This document shows positions 1 to 9,234 of a stretch of DNA of 64,000 bases, piece after piece. The notes beneath the pieces were generated by a model. The model made no database searches. It had not been told where the DNA came from and saw only the letters and a program-made list of their open reading frames with translations. Position 1 is the first letter of the stretch. Every line of letters starts with the position of its first letter. A program made the position numbers and the translations under genes. The stretch comes from a virus (lineage: Duplodnaviria > Caudoviricetes), in IMG/VR virus record IMGVR_UViG_3300028591_000007, positions 1 to 64,000 of that record. One strand, given 5' to 3'.

Positions 1-12
1 GCGAAATATCTT

Positions 13-228
13 AAAAAAAAAAATAAGGAGATAATATACTCAATCTCTGCTCGTCGTGTATTCGATCAATATCGGTTACACCGGACAATCTTTCATTATA
101 TCCTTACCTCTTTTCCTTTGTGAACATTGGATTATAGCTAATCAAAGAATCCTTCTGCTCGTCGCACTGTCGTTCATCAACAATCGTGCCGGATTAGATT
201 CTTTGATCTTAATCTTCTGTTCCTCTTC
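13..228 (-). ncRNA. Putative ORF-less structured RNA with two copies of a 40-nt motif (46-85, 154-193)
   Basis: Promoter motif at 229-252 (-) and a hairpin + U-tract at ~13-46; only <20-codon ORFs on the minus strand; two TCCG-[stem-loop]-GACGAGCAGA copies with compensatory stems. Confidence 0.55.
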
Positions 229-287
229 ATTATATAGTATTCTTTTTACGCGAATTGATTAGATACGCAGTAGCTAAGCTATTGTGT

Positions 288-309
288 CAGTTTCCGTTTA
301 TGGAAAGTG
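288..309 (+). repeat. Imperfect palindrome CAGTTTCC-N6-9-GGAAAGTG (copies 288-309, 536-557, 26952-26976, 27013-27037, 49702-49723, 49754-49775)
   Basis: Near-identical intergenic copies seen directly. Confidence 0.85.
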
Positions 310-365
310 TTTTCGCATAAAATAAATATTCTATTATGAAGAGGATATAGAAAGGAGGTGTTCTT

Positions 366-479
366 ATGAAGAACATCACAAAAAATATAGGAGAGAAGTT
401 ATTGTATGCAGCATTCGCTGTAATAATAATATATTGTATACTGATTGGTATGCAGTATTATGTTAGTGGGCTGTTGTAA
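366..479 (+). CDS. 37-aa small membrane protein
   Basis: Own promoter, AGGAGGTG RBS, hydrophobic segment, terminator 486-513. Confidence 0.65.
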   Translation: MKNITKNIGEKLLYAAFAVIIIYCILIGMQYYVSGLL

Positions 480-510
480 TAACTTAGGAGAGAAATCTCC
501 TATGTTTTTT

Positions 511-536
511 TTTAGTTTGAACATAGTGAGAACTAC
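511..536 (+). repeat. GTTTGAACAT(A/G)GTGAGAACT intergenic repeat (also ~2153, 3135, 4027, 9802; reverse copy ~16343-16362)
   Basis: Six copies seen directly, lying between terminators and promoters. Confidence 0.85.
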
Positions 537-598
537 AGTTTCCGTTTATGGAAGGTGACGCGTAAAAGTAACATTATATATTGAAAGGAGGTGATACT

Positions 599-829
599 AT
601 GACGGGAAACCATCAAAAGGTTTACGTTGTTATAAGAGACTATTCAATCCCTAATCTGGATGATAGCTATTATGATGATCATTATACCGACATTTATGGT
701 ATATATCTTGAAAAAGATGTTGCCATGATGAAGGCTAATGCTCTGAATAATAGGACTTATCACGAGCATGAGAAGGATAAGTCTCTTAGGAGCGTAAACT
801 ACTCCGTGGTAGAAAGAACCCTACGGTAG
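599..829 (+). CDS. Small hypothetical protein, paralog of 1858-2052
   Basis: GGAGGTGA RBS before ATG 599; shared YVVxR...A..NNR...YxV pattern. Confidence 0.75.
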   Translation: MTGNHQKVYVVIRDYSIPNLDDSYYDDHYTDIYGIYLEKDVAMMKANALNNRTYHEHEKDKSLRSVNYSVVERTLR

Positions 830-831
830 TA

Positions 832-927
832 GCACAGCGGCACTCGGAAAGACGAGCGGAACTAGGGAACCCGAAATATTCCCGGCAAGCACATGGAGCG
901 TAATGAATAGCTCCTATGTTTTTTTTT
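832..927 (+). ncRNA. Conserved structured 3' element plus terminator (second copy 2056-2152)
   Basis: GCACAGCGG-[hairpin]-CG(G/A)AACTAGGGAA-[loop]-TCCCGGC in both copies. Confidence 0.5.
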
Positions 928-1028
928 CTTAAATGTCTTTGAAAAAATATAGGAGTGATTTATCAGTTCCCGAATTTACGGTTTACTGTCACTCCAGTCC
1001 CATAACAACTCTAGTTTATAGTCTGGTT

Positions 1029-1361
1029 TCAGACTTTCGCCAACCTTATACAGCCTATAATGTGACCTTCGGTATCCCTTACAGGATCAGCCGTGATTAC
1101 AAGATCATCAGCTCCGCGTCCGCATGCCTTAGCTGCATTGGCAGTGATGACTGACACGATCAGTAATGTATCTTCAACAGGATCCGGTAAATCTACCGGG
1201 CTGCCAAAAGACATCGTTACTAATTCAATGCTATCAACTTCGCCAATAACAGTCTCTGACTGCGTTGCGCGGGCGATTCCCTCGCTCTCAAAACTTTTCC
1301 TGAGATTACCCTCAGAGTCCACAATATGTACTGTATGAGGTGTTAAATTTCTTATTTTCAT
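1029..1361 (-). CDS. Conserved phage hypothetical protein (N-terminal NLTPH motif)
   Basis: AGGAGG RBS, own promoter; NLTPH...LIVS..TA...R.D pattern. Confidence 0.8.
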   Translation of the reverse strand: MKIRNLTPHTVHIVDSEGNLRKSFESEGIARATQSETVIGEVDSIELVTMSFGSPVDLPDPVEDTLLIVSVITANAAKACGRGADDLVITADPVRDTEGHIIGCIRLAKV

Positions 1362-1457
1362 AAAATTTCCTCCTTTAAGTTAAAATTGTTTTTAGTTCCA
1401 ATATGTAATATTATTTTCACGCGAATATCTTCTTTCATATACTGAGGAGGTGATAGA

Positions 1458-1652
1458 ATGGTGACATATTTAATATTAACCATAGTAGTAAACATTTTAA
1501 TACACAAATCTTTATTAAAGACAGTAGATGAATGTAATTCATATAATGAACTGTCTTTACCATCAAAGATTATTGCGCTTATTATAGTTATGTTATTATG
1601 GCCAATAATGTTACTGAAGTTTATTTATCTGTTTATAGAAGAAAGGATGTGA
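1458..1652 (+). CDS. Small two-TM membrane protein
   Basis: GGAGGTGA RBS; two hydrophobic stretches. Confidence 0.7.
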   Translation: MVTYLILTIVVNILIHKSLLKTVDECNSYNELSLPSKIIALIIVMLLWPIMLLKFIYLFIEERM

Positions 1653-1656
1653 TAAG

Positions 1657-1758
1657 ATGAAAAATTTCTTTAAAGATCCAAACAAACTAAAAGCTCTTGA
1701 GTGGACCTTAATCATACTCGGTTTATATAACGAGTTTTTGATGTGCTTCCCTCACTAG
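1657..1758 (+). CDS. 33-aa small protein
   Basis: RBS-like AAGGATGTGA; terminator follows. Confidence 0.4.
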   Translation: MKNFFKDPNKLKALEWTLIILGLYNEFLMCFPH

Positions 1759-1857
1759 CCTCAGTGTTATGGGCCTAGAAAGGAGGTTTTTATGGCCCTT
1801 TCTTTTTTTTTGTTAGACGCGTAAAACTAATGTTATATTATGAAAGGAGGTGATATT

Positions 1858-2052
1858 ATGAGAAACAACTATTCATATGTTGTAATGCGCAACAGCGAAA
1901 GCTGGAGCGGCAATGAGTGGATGGGCGGCAATTATGAGCCAGTAGCGGTATTCTCTACGAAAGTAGAGGCTACGAAGTACGCGAATAATCGTCAATCTAC
2001 TGATGCCGAGGAAGCGCAGTACACCGTATTAAAAGTAGCACGTTACTCTTAA
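1858..2052 (+). CDS. Small hypothetical protein, paralog of 599-829
   Basis: Own promoter and RBS; protein similarity. Confidence 0.75.
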   Translation: MRNNYSYVVMRNSESWSGNEWMGGNYEPVAVFSTKVEATKYANNRQSTDAEEAQYTVLKVARYS

Positions 2053-2269
2053 TACGCACAGCGGGACCTATCCCAAAACAGGCGAAACTAGGGAATCGTT
2101 AGAATCCCGGCTAAAACGGAGCACTGAATTATAGTGCTTTATTTTTTTTTTTGTTTGAACATAGTGAGAACTACTATTTCGATTTATTGAAATTGTGACT
2201 AGACGCGAAAAATGAACATTATATTATAGGAGATATAGAATAAATTTAATAATTTAGGAGGATATAGTT

Positions 2270-2410
2270 ATGACAGAATTAATTAAAAAAATGTCGGAAG
2301 GTAAAGAGGAATACAATTTCCCCACACCTGATGGACGTCCTATAACGGTCCATGGGGATTCCGAAAGGGATGCCTATGAAAAGTTTAGGGAGTACATGGG
2401 TTGGGATTGA
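2270..2410 (+). CDS. 46-aa hypothetical protein
   Basis: Promoter 2204, AGGAGG RBS. Confidence 0.7.
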   Translation: MTELIKKMSEGKEEYNFPTPDGRPITVHGDSERDAYEKFREYMGWD

Positions 2411-2584
2411 TATCCTGTACTTCTGACACCTGAAATGATATATGGTGTCATACAAACAACTGAATATTAGATTGATATTTCATCAATCGGACTACTAGGA
2501 ACGGAATAGGTTCCTATAGTTTTTTGTAATATCTTTAAAAAATGATAGCAGAGAAATTCTCCACTATCTTTTTTTTTGTAATAC

Positions 2585-2815
2585 TTAATCCCAATACGTG
2601 GATACATCTTCATATAAGATTGTTTCATTCAGAATGTTCTCTTTTAAAATTGTTTCTGTTTCAATTGGTTTGACAGTAATTTCCTTTATCTCGACCGGAA
2701 CAAATATTGTTTCTTTAGTTCCATCTTTCTTTGAATTACTATCATCACAACCTGACAACCAAACAATTACTAAAATTGCTATTACTGCCCAAAATATCTT
2801 TTTTGATTTCTTCAT
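2585..2815 (-). CDS. Putative lipoprotein
   Basis: K-rich N-terminus, hydrophobic core, LSGC lipobox. Confidence 0.7.
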   Translation of the reverse strand: MKKSKKIFWAVIAILVIVWLSGCDDSNSKKDGTKETIFVPVEIKEITVKPIETETILKENILNETILYEDVSTYWD

Positions 2816-2917
2816 AATGCTACCTCCATATTTTTATTATAGTATTCCATAATATGGTCATTAATAATCGCGTAAAACTAATTACCTATTATAGAAAAGA
2901 TAAGGAGGATATATATT

Positions 2918-3100
2918 ATGAAGAAACTATTTAACAAACTTTATAGACTGACAATGACAATAATATGCTGTGGTTTTGCTTTTATAATGATGGCAACTTT
3001 ATTCAATATTGATATGAAGTTAGCTGCTGTAATAGCATTACCAGTTGGTATACTATTTAACATCATTGACTGGTGTGAAGAAAGAAAAAGAGGACTGTAA
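2918..3100 (+). CDS. Small two-TM membrane protein
   Basis: Promoter, RBS, hydrophobic helices, terminator. Confidence 0.75.
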   Translation: MKKLFNKLYRLTMTIICCGFAFIMMATLFNIDMKLAAVIALPVGILFNIIDWCEERKRGL

Positions 3101-3203
3101 TTTAGTCCTCCTATCTTTTTTTTGTAAATATTTAGTTTGAACATGGTGAGAACGCGTAAAATGAATATTCTATTATAGAAGAGATGAAAGGAGGTATACT
3201 ATT

Positions 3204-3389
3204 ATGAAAGTATACGGAATAGAATTAAAGAAACAAAAAAGTGAGGAGCTTAACCATCGTCTTGGTTATCTTAAGAGAAATTTGAAGTTAACAGATTCTC
3301 TCGGTGATGTAAGAATTAGTTTTAAGCATCATCAGGAGATTCTTGTAATTGAAGAGGAACTCTCGAAAAGGGCTAAGATTGGAGCGTAA
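3204..3389 (+). CDS. Hypothetical protein
   Basis: Promoter 3153, AGGAGG RBS, terminator. Confidence 0.75.
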   Translation: MKVYGIELKKQKSEELNHRLGYLKRNLKLTDSLGDVRISFKHHQEILVIEEELSKRAKIGA

Positions 3390-3455
3390 TGCTCCTTCTT
3401 TTTTTTGTAAAAAATAAAGGCATTATTTTAAGTCGCGCCTTAACGACTTGATGTA

Positions 3456-3761
3456 TTATCTTACATCTCGCAAACTTACCTTTATTCTGCCATCATCTTC
3501 AAGGTAATCATAAAACAACATCTTTTTGTTTCCTTCAAAGTTTGCGGTACCACCAAATGATCCCATTTCCCATCCGGCACATCTATCTACTACTTCACCG
3601 AATGTATATCTGTCAGTAAGTTCATCTTTTATCATTTGGATCGCTTCTTCACGTCCTTTATCACGACCTACTGAGTATACACCCATCATAAATACTACGA
3701 TAGATATTACCATACAAAATGTTACCATTACTGATACTACAATTTTTTGTCTTTTTGCCAT
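3456..3761 (-). CDS. Membrane-anchored hypothetical protein
   Basis: GGAGG RBS, N-terminal TM helix. Confidence 0.75.
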   Translation of the reverse strand: MAKRQKIVVSVMVTFCMVISIVVFMMGVYSVGRDKGREEAIQMIKDELTDRYTFGEVVDRCAGWEMGSFGGTANFEGNKKMLFYDYLEDDGRIKVSLRDVR

Positions 3762-3855
3762 TATACTACCTCCATTTTGTGTAAAATATCTTTTACTTCA
3801 TTTGCATAATAGAGATATATAAAATAGCGTTCGCGTAAAACTAACATTATATTAT

Positions 3856-4010
3856 GAAAGGATATGTAACCAAACAGAGCTGGGTTCAGATCAGGTTAAC
3901 ATGGTTTGAAATTAGAAAACAAACGGGGTTTAATGACGATTAAATCTGTAGCGAGTTAGTGAAGGAGGCCGTTAAGGATAGCGGACAATGTAATTATCCT
4001 ATATTCTTTT
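3856..4010 (+). ncRNA. Putative ~155-nt multi-hairpin sRNA
   Basis: Promoter 3832 and U-tract; 5' GAAAGGATATG pairs with 3' TATATTCTTT; internal hairpins; no RBS-led ORF. Confidence 0.5.
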
Positions 4011-4110
4011 TTTATTTTTTTTTTTAGTTTGAACATGGTGAGAACTACTATTTCGATTTATTGAAATTGTTTTTAAATGGTTTCTCGCGTAAAATATCTT
4101 TTATATATTG

Positions 4111-4189
4111 GAAGGATAATAGTGGTTAGCTCAGCTGGTAGAGCGCCCTTATGGGAGGACACGGGTTCGAGTCCAGTACGTTATTCTTC
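4111..4189 (+). ncRNA. tRNA-like RNA with a truncated anticodon arm
   Basis: D-arm TAGCTCAGCTGGTAGAGC, T-loop GGTTCGAGTCC, anticodon arm reduced to CCC-TTAT-GGG; own promoter (4086) and U-tract. Confidence 0.65.
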
Positions 4190-4249
4190 TTTTATTTTTT
4201 TTTTGTGAAAAGTATTTTATGAAAAAAAAAAAGATAGCCCCATATTCAT

Positions 4250-4370
4250 ATGCCTCTCAAACGCACCAGGAGCCTCATTTAGGCCCGTTTCATATTTCAA
4301 GGTATAAATCTACCAAGAATATACCAAACAGGCCTTTACGGGCATTGTAGTGCGTTCTATGGGCATTCTA
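4250..4370. repeat. ~120-bp imperfect palindrome, copy 1 of 3 (others 12679-12800, 17379-17499)
   Basis: Shared ATGCC..AGGCC..TATACCAAACAGGCC..GTGCGTT..GGCATTC. Confidence 0.8.
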
Positions 4371-4504
4371 GAGCATCATTTCTTCTCTTTTTCTTTTGTC
4401 TTGCATACTCTCTTGACAATACCACTAATTGTAGCTAATGTAGCAAGACCTAAGATAACTCCGCCAATACCAAATTTCTTCTTATTCATTTTGATTCACC
4501 TCCT

Positions 4505-4753
4505 TTACTTATCAATCAACACAACATTTGAATAATGTGTTAAATAAGTTACTCCTTTTATTTTTACTTGAATAACATCACTATCGTCCCAATCTTTCCA
4601 ACTATCCAATTCACCTTGTACAACGGAACCATCAGGTAATTTTACATAGGCATAATCAAAATTCCAAGTTGTATCGATTATTTGTTTATTACAAGCTGTT
4701 AAAAGTCCAATACTTAATATAAATATTAAAATAGAAATTTTTATTGTTTTCAT
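4505..4753 (-). CDS. Putative phage lipoprotein
   Basis: Signal peptide with LTAC lipobox. Confidence 0.75.
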   Translation of the reverse strand: MKTIKISILIFILSIGLLTACNKQIIDTTWNFDYAYVKLPDGSVVQGELDSWKDWDDSDVIQVKIKGVTYLTHYSNVVLIDK

Positions 4754-4819
4754 ATATTATTTCTCCTTAAAAAAGAGAGTACCAAAATATCTTTGATACT
4801 CCCTTTGTAGTTTGACTTG

Positions 4820-4996
4820 CTATCGGTTCATAGAAGTTTTATTTGCTTCTTCATTAGACACCTTATTTGACCACTTACATATTGCAATAATTCCGAACAC
4901 GATTGCTCCTACAAATAGTATTACACCTATTATATACGGTAACAGTATCATTGCAATTATTGCAAATATTAACATAGTAATAAGTCCTAATATCAT
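4820..4996 (-). CDS. 58-aa membrane protein
   Basis: Promoter 5061(-), AAGGAG RBS, long hydrophobic stretch; missed by the ORF track. Confidence 0.7.
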   Translation of the reverse strand: MILGLITMLIFAIIAMILLPYIIGVILFVGAIVFGIIAICKWSNKVSNEEANKTSMNR

Positions 4997-5082
4997 AGCT
5001 GTTCTCCTTTCTATCTATAAAACGACTACTATTCGTCATAATAAAACCAGAGATTTTAGCGAATTATGGGTTAATCAACTTA

Positions 5083-5331
5083 TCATATCTCCATTTTTAT
5101 ACTTGGTTTGTTACTCAGGTCAGTATTCATTATATTAATAAAAATACAATCTTTTAGCCTTTCTATGTTTCTTGTAGTTAATGTTTCCTGTAAAAGTTTA
5201 CTATCTTCTGGCAAATCGTCATAACAATCATCACAGAAGTCAAAAGAACCAATATCTTTATTAAAATATCCATTGTTTTTACCAAATGTGGGTAATATTT
5301 TTCCACAAACATCACAAAATCTTAGTACCAT
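5083..5331 (-). CDS. Zn-finger-like protein (CxxC...CxxC)
   Basis: CDVCG...CDDC; similar pattern to 17558-17803. Confidence 0.65.
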   Translation of the reverse strand: MVLRFCDVCGKILPTFGKNNGYFNKDIGSFDFCDDCYDDLPEDSKLLQETLTTRNIERLKDCIFINIMNTDLSNKPSIKMEI

Positions 5332-5333
5332 TA

Positions 5334-5531
5334 TTAATCCTCCTTTTCAATCTCTTCATTCCAAAAGTTATCTATTTCTTTTGTTAATTTAATAACATCT
5401 CTATAACACAACCAATACTGTTCCGCTAAATGAAATCTTAAAGGACAACCTTCACAATAATTATTTTTTTCATAGTTCTTGCATATATTATTTTTTTCTT
5501 GTCTGGTCAGAAGTTTTCTCTGTTTCTGCAT
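5334..5531 (-). CDS. Cys-rich hypothetical protein
   Basis: ORF in operon; CEGCPL motif. Confidence 0.6.
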   Translation of the reverse strand: MQKQRKLLTRQEKNNICKNYEKNNYCEGCPLRFHLAEQYWLCYRDVIKLTKEIDNFWNEEIEKED

Positions 5532-6141
5532 TGTGTTCCTCCAAGAACTTATTAAGAATATCTTTTAATTCAGGTTCTCTAAAAGTTGAATCAATAGCTT
5601 CACTTATACTCTTTTTAACTTCATGATACAATGTTAATTTAAATATATATTGACCATAATATTGATACTCTTTCATAGAAATATTTTGAATCATTGGCAC
5701 TTTCAAATACAAATCATACCCTTGACAAGTGAAAAATATATTTACAGCATAACTACTATAACCTTCATATATAATTTCTGTTATTTTAATATCTTTTTTA
5801 TCTAAATATTTTTCTAGTGTATAAGTTAAATACTCATATGCATCTTTCTCTTCATATTTCTTTCTCTTATCAATTTTATTTTCTTTATCATTACTCATCT
5901 TAATCCATTTTACTGCTTTCTCAATAGAAGTATAAGGAAAATCAAAGTAATAAACTTCTTTCTTTAAAGTATCAAATGCATCAAATTCAAGTAATCTTAA
6001 TTCATTTTGCATATCTTCAACTATTTTCTTTTTCTCTTTTAACCTTTGCTCTGCTTTTTCTATTTTTACTATTGAAGGTATTTCTCCAACAGACATTCTA
6101 TAAAGATTCATTCTATCATTAGTATCATAATTTAAAGCCAT
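5488..6141 (-). CDS. Hypothetical protein
   Basis: 217-aa ORF with RBS. Confidence 0.75.
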   Translation of the reverse strand: MALNYDTNDRMNLYRMSVGEIPSIVKIEKAEQRLKEKKKIVEDMQNELRLLEFDAFDTLKKEVYYFDFPYTSIEKAVKWIKMSNDKENKIDKRKKYEEKDAYEYLTYTLEKYLDKKDIKITEIIYEGYSSYAVNIFFTCQGYDLYLKVPMIQNISMKEYQYYGQYIFKLTLYHEVKKSISEAIDSTFREPELKDILNKFLEEHNAETEKTSDQTRKK

Positions 6142-6156
6142 AATTATTCACTCTCC

Positions 6157-6411
6157 TTATCTTATTTTGTCAAACATATTATTCCATTCATCTTTATGAT
6201 ATTGTCCTGCTATTTTATATTTTTTCAAATCATCTCGAGCAATCTTCACAGTATTAAATTCTTGATTGAAAGCTTCAACATAATCTTTTTCTTTATCATT
6301 TTTAATAACTAAAAATAATTTTTCTTCATAATCATGATATATATTTTCTTTAAGATCATAACAATATTTAGGTTTTAATATCATTCCTACTTTTACTTGT
6401 CTTTTGTTCAT
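6157..6411 (-). CDS. Hypothetical protein
   Basis: GGAGGAG RBS. Confidence 0.65.
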   Translation of the reverse strand: MNKRQVKVGMILKPKYCYDLKENIYHDYEEKLFLVIKNDKEKDYVEAFNQEFNTVKIARDDLKKYKIAGQYHKDEWNNMFDKIR

Positions 6412-7030
6412 TTAGGCTTTCTCCTCCTAATATCTTTGCTAATTGTTGGCATTGTTTTGCAAAATATTTATTCATTTCTTTTACTATTTCATCTCGATCA
6501 TTAGGATATTTCTTATTACATTCTTTCAAGTATTCATCAATTAACTTGCTTGAATAATATATTATATTTGTAGTTGACTTAGATAACTCTTTAAAATTAT
6601 TTATATGTTTAATATGTTTATGTTTCTTTTGATCAAATACTCCTATATAAAAATCATTCCAACCAAATAAACATAACTTATCATATAGTTCTCTTGTAAG
6701 TTTCTTTCTACTATACAAATATACATATGGTCTGTTTGCAACAAATTTATTTTTATATGTGTGCAGACCAAAATGTCCTTGACAACAAGCACTTGTACGA
6801 TAGCCAAGTTTATTAAAATAATGTACTGCATCAGCTATTTCTTTATCTACTGCAAAGTGTAGTACAAACTTGTTACATTTAGGACATATATGATATGAAT
6901 GATTATTAAAAGCTATTTCTGGCATAACATTCTCAGGAATATCTTTAAATATTACTTTCAAATCAGCATCTGTATAATTATAACAATTACTACACATAAG
7001 AACAGATTTAAGAGTTATAGTTTTTTGCAT
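6368..7030 (-). CDS. Zn-ribbon hypothetical protein (GY.T..CCQGH motif)
   Basis: CxxC pairs plus D..I...V..FN..GY.T..CC.GH. Confidence 0.7.
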   Translation of the reverse strand: MQKTITLKSVLMCSNCYNYTDADLKVIFKDIPENVMPEIAFNNHSYHICPKCNKFVLHFAVDKEIADAVHYFNKLGYRTSACCQGHFGLHTYKNKFVANRPYVYLYSRKKLTRELYDKLCLFGWNDFYIGVFDQKKHKHIKHINNFKELSKSTTNIIYYSSKLIDEYLKECNKKYPNDRDEIVKEMNKYFAKQCQQLAKILGGESLNEQKTSKSRNDIKT

Positions 7031-7053
7031 TATTGTTCTCCTTTATAAAAATT

Positions 7054-7497
7054 TTAATAATTAAACTGTTGATCACTAAATATCTTTAAATAATACTCAC
7101 CCAATTTATTAATCCAGCATCCATATATACCAGTTCCATGATCTGTAAATCCTTTATCATCAAGTAAGTATAATATTGCTAAGTATAGCCAATTAACTTT
7201 TCTATCATTACCAATACCAATTAACTCTTCATATTTTTCATCTGCTTTTGTACTACGAGATTTATCTCGAATAAGAATAAGTAAATCATATATACCTTTA
7301 AATACTAATTCCGGATTACCACAGCCACATATTCCAAGTAAATTACTAAATTCGTCTTTTATATCAGATATTACTTTTTCTCGATTATTTTTTATTTTTT
7401 CTTCAATGTCTCTACCTGCATAGTTCCAACTCATACAAGTATTAGTTTTTACTTCTATAAAGTAATCTGCTATTTCTAATAATTCTTCGTCTGTCAT
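7054..7497 (-). CDS. Hypothetical protein (CGCG.P...HG..I.G.W...G)
   Basis: RBS; winged-helix-like C-terminal pattern. Confidence 0.7.
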   Translation of the reverse strand: MTDEELLEIADYFIEVKTNTCMSWNYAGRDIEEKIKNNREKVISDIKDEFSNLLGICGCGNPELVFKGIYDLLILIRDKSRSTKADEKYEELIGIGNDRKVNWLYLAILYLLDDKGFTDHGTGIYGCWINKLGEYYLKIFSDQQFNY

Positions 7498-7739
7498 TAT
7501 TTATTCTCCTTTATATTATCACTAAATATTGTATTATATACTTTCGTAGAACAATATGGACAATAATTATATTTTATACTTTCAGATGTTCTATTTATTG
7601 TTTTATTGCATTTGGGACAAATATATGATTTTTGAGTAGTTTTCCAAGTAAATATTTTTGGCCCAATTGTTAACCTACCATTTTCATCTTCATACATTAT
7701 TCCATCAGGTATTTTATCATCTGTCGCTAATATAAACAT
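7497..7739 (-). CDS. Zn-ribbon protein
   Basis: CPKC...YCPYC. Confidence 0.7.
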   Translation of the reverse strand: MFILATDDKIPDGIMYEDENGRLTIGPKIFTWKTTQKSYICPKCNKTINRTSESIKYNYCPYCSTKVYNTIFSDNIKENK

Positions 7740-7753
7740 TATTTATTCTCCTT

Positions 7754-8113
7754 TTAATAAAATGGTATTGATTCAACTTTAACTGTATCATATTTGAAGT
7801 TATTACAATCATTTGGATTCATTGCTACACCAAATTCATTTACAAACTGTTCTGTATTATTTACAATATATTCAGTATCATATATCTTTATTGTATTACC
7901 GTTACAAACATCTGGCATAACTATATTAATTTCTCCAGGTTTCACATTATTATTTGGTATAACATAACGATAGTCTTCAACATGCCAATAAGTTATTTGC
8001 CCAAGTATTTCATATTTATGCTCGTCAATGTCATGAAATGCATAATAATGTACTTCATTACTATAATAAGGTGTATATTTCTTTTTATTGTAAGTCTTTC
8101 TGTTGTATTGCAT
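7754..8113 (-). CDS. Hypothetical protein
   Basis: ORF in operon. Confidence 0.6.
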   Translation of the reverse strand: MQYNRKTYNKKKYTPYYSNEVHYYAFHDIDEHKYEILGQITYWHVEDYRYVIPNNNVKPGEINIVMPDVCNGNTIKIYDTEYIVNNTEQFVNEFGVAMNPNDCNNFKYDTVKVESIPFY

Positions 8114-8138
8114 AATATTTACCCCATTTTCAGTATTA

Positions 8139-8552
8139 TCATTTTAGTTCCTCCATAAATTCATATAACTTATCTACTGGTATTGCATTAATAAATTCAT
8201 AAGTATTACTTGGATTTGTAACATTTATTGAATTATCGCAAATCAATTCTTCTAACTTTTGTTCTAACTTGCATACACAAATAAAATTAGGATCTAAATA
8301 ACATTTTCCTTCAAGAGTAATATTTTTACAATCATCTTCATTGCATTCTATATTTTTATTTAGTCTACACATGTCTCTCATCCCTTCAAATCTTTTTGCA
8401 TTATATTTTGCTTCGTTTAATTTAAACTTACGACAAGGTGTCAATTCAGGTCCGTCATGTTCACAAAAACATATTTTAACACGATTGTAATCTATTTGTA
8501 TATTATCTGGATTAAAATATTTACAAACTAAACAATTATATTCTTTATCCAT
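8139..8552 (-). CDS. Cys-rich hypothetical protein
   Basis: GGAG RBS before MDKEY; many Cys. Confidence 0.6.
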   Translation of the reverse strand: MDKEYNCLVCKYFNPDNIQIDYNRVKICFCEHDGPELTPCRKFKLNEAKYNAKRFEGMRDMCRLNKNIECNEDDCKNITLEGKCYLDPNFICVCKLEQKLEELICDNSINVTNPSNTYEFINAIPVDKLYEFMEELK

Positions 8553-8800
8553 TATACATTCTCCCAACTTATAGAATAATATGCCTCATTATATTGTAAG
8601 CCAGTTTCAACTTTATAACCTAACTTTTTAAGTGTTTTCTTATTGACTTCATCTAAATAGCCATCACCGCTATAATAAAAATGTCCTTCATTTATCTCAT
8701 TTTGAATATTATTCATTATTTCATCTAATTCTTTTATTGCACAATTATTTAATACTTCAATAGTTTTAGCGTTAGCTTCTTTTGCTGAGATTACTTTCAT
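8552..8800 (-). CDS. Hypothetical protein, paralog of 8941-9234
   Basis: Shared I..G.F...L.KLGYKVE...I.W. Confidence 0.75.
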   Translation of the reverse strand: MKVISAKEANAKTIEVLNNCAIKELDEIMNNIQNEINEGHFYYSGDGYLDEVNKKTLKKLGYKVETGLQYNEAYYSISWENV

Positions 8801-8940
8801 TTATTTTCCTCCTTTCTATAATTCCACATTGCAATAGCTTCTTCTTCCGTATAGTATTCTCTTTCATAAAAACCATCTGCTGGAATATCCATTTCCGCAA
8901 AAGATTTGGTACGTATTCATTTTCTTTATTCATATTATTT

Positions 8941-9234
8941 TCACCCCTTATTCCAATTAATTGTTATATCATCGTACCAAGGTCTTTGATCACATGGTGC
9001 ATCTCCATATTTTGTATCGTTATCCTCTATTTCTACCTTATAACCTAATTTTGTAAGATCTTCAGTTATTCTTTCTTTTATTTCTGGTGACATTTGTTGA
9101 TACGGACATACAGTACATTCAAATTGTCCTCGTTCAATTGCTCCATTTATTTGTTTTTCGATTTCCTTTTCGATTTCATTTACCTTTGCAAGATTAACTG
9201 ACTCAAAGTATGCTGTGCCTGCTGTCTTAATCAT
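8941..9234 (-). CDS. Hypothetical protein, paralog of 8552-8800
   Basis: Shared I..G.F...L.KLGYKVE...I.W with 8552-8800. Confidence 0.75.
   Translation of the reverse strand: MIKTAGTAYFESVNLAKVNEIEKEIEKQINGAIERGQFECTVCPYQQMSPEIKERITEDLTKLGYKVEIEDNDTKYGDAPCDQRPWYDDITINWNKG

Noticed and set aside
832-2125. Hammerhead ribozyme or c-di-GMP-I riboswitch
   Set aside because: Only superficial CGAAAC/GCACAG matches; the core motifs are missing and the position is 3' of the genes.
288-4070. CRISPR array or integron attC sites
   Set aside because: Repeats are irregularly spaced by whole genes, have no GTTRRRY/RYYYAAC core pair, and no cas or intI gene is visible.
4111-4189. Canonical tRNA gene
   Set aside because: No 7-nt anticodon loop and no standard acceptor end; kept only as tRNA-like.
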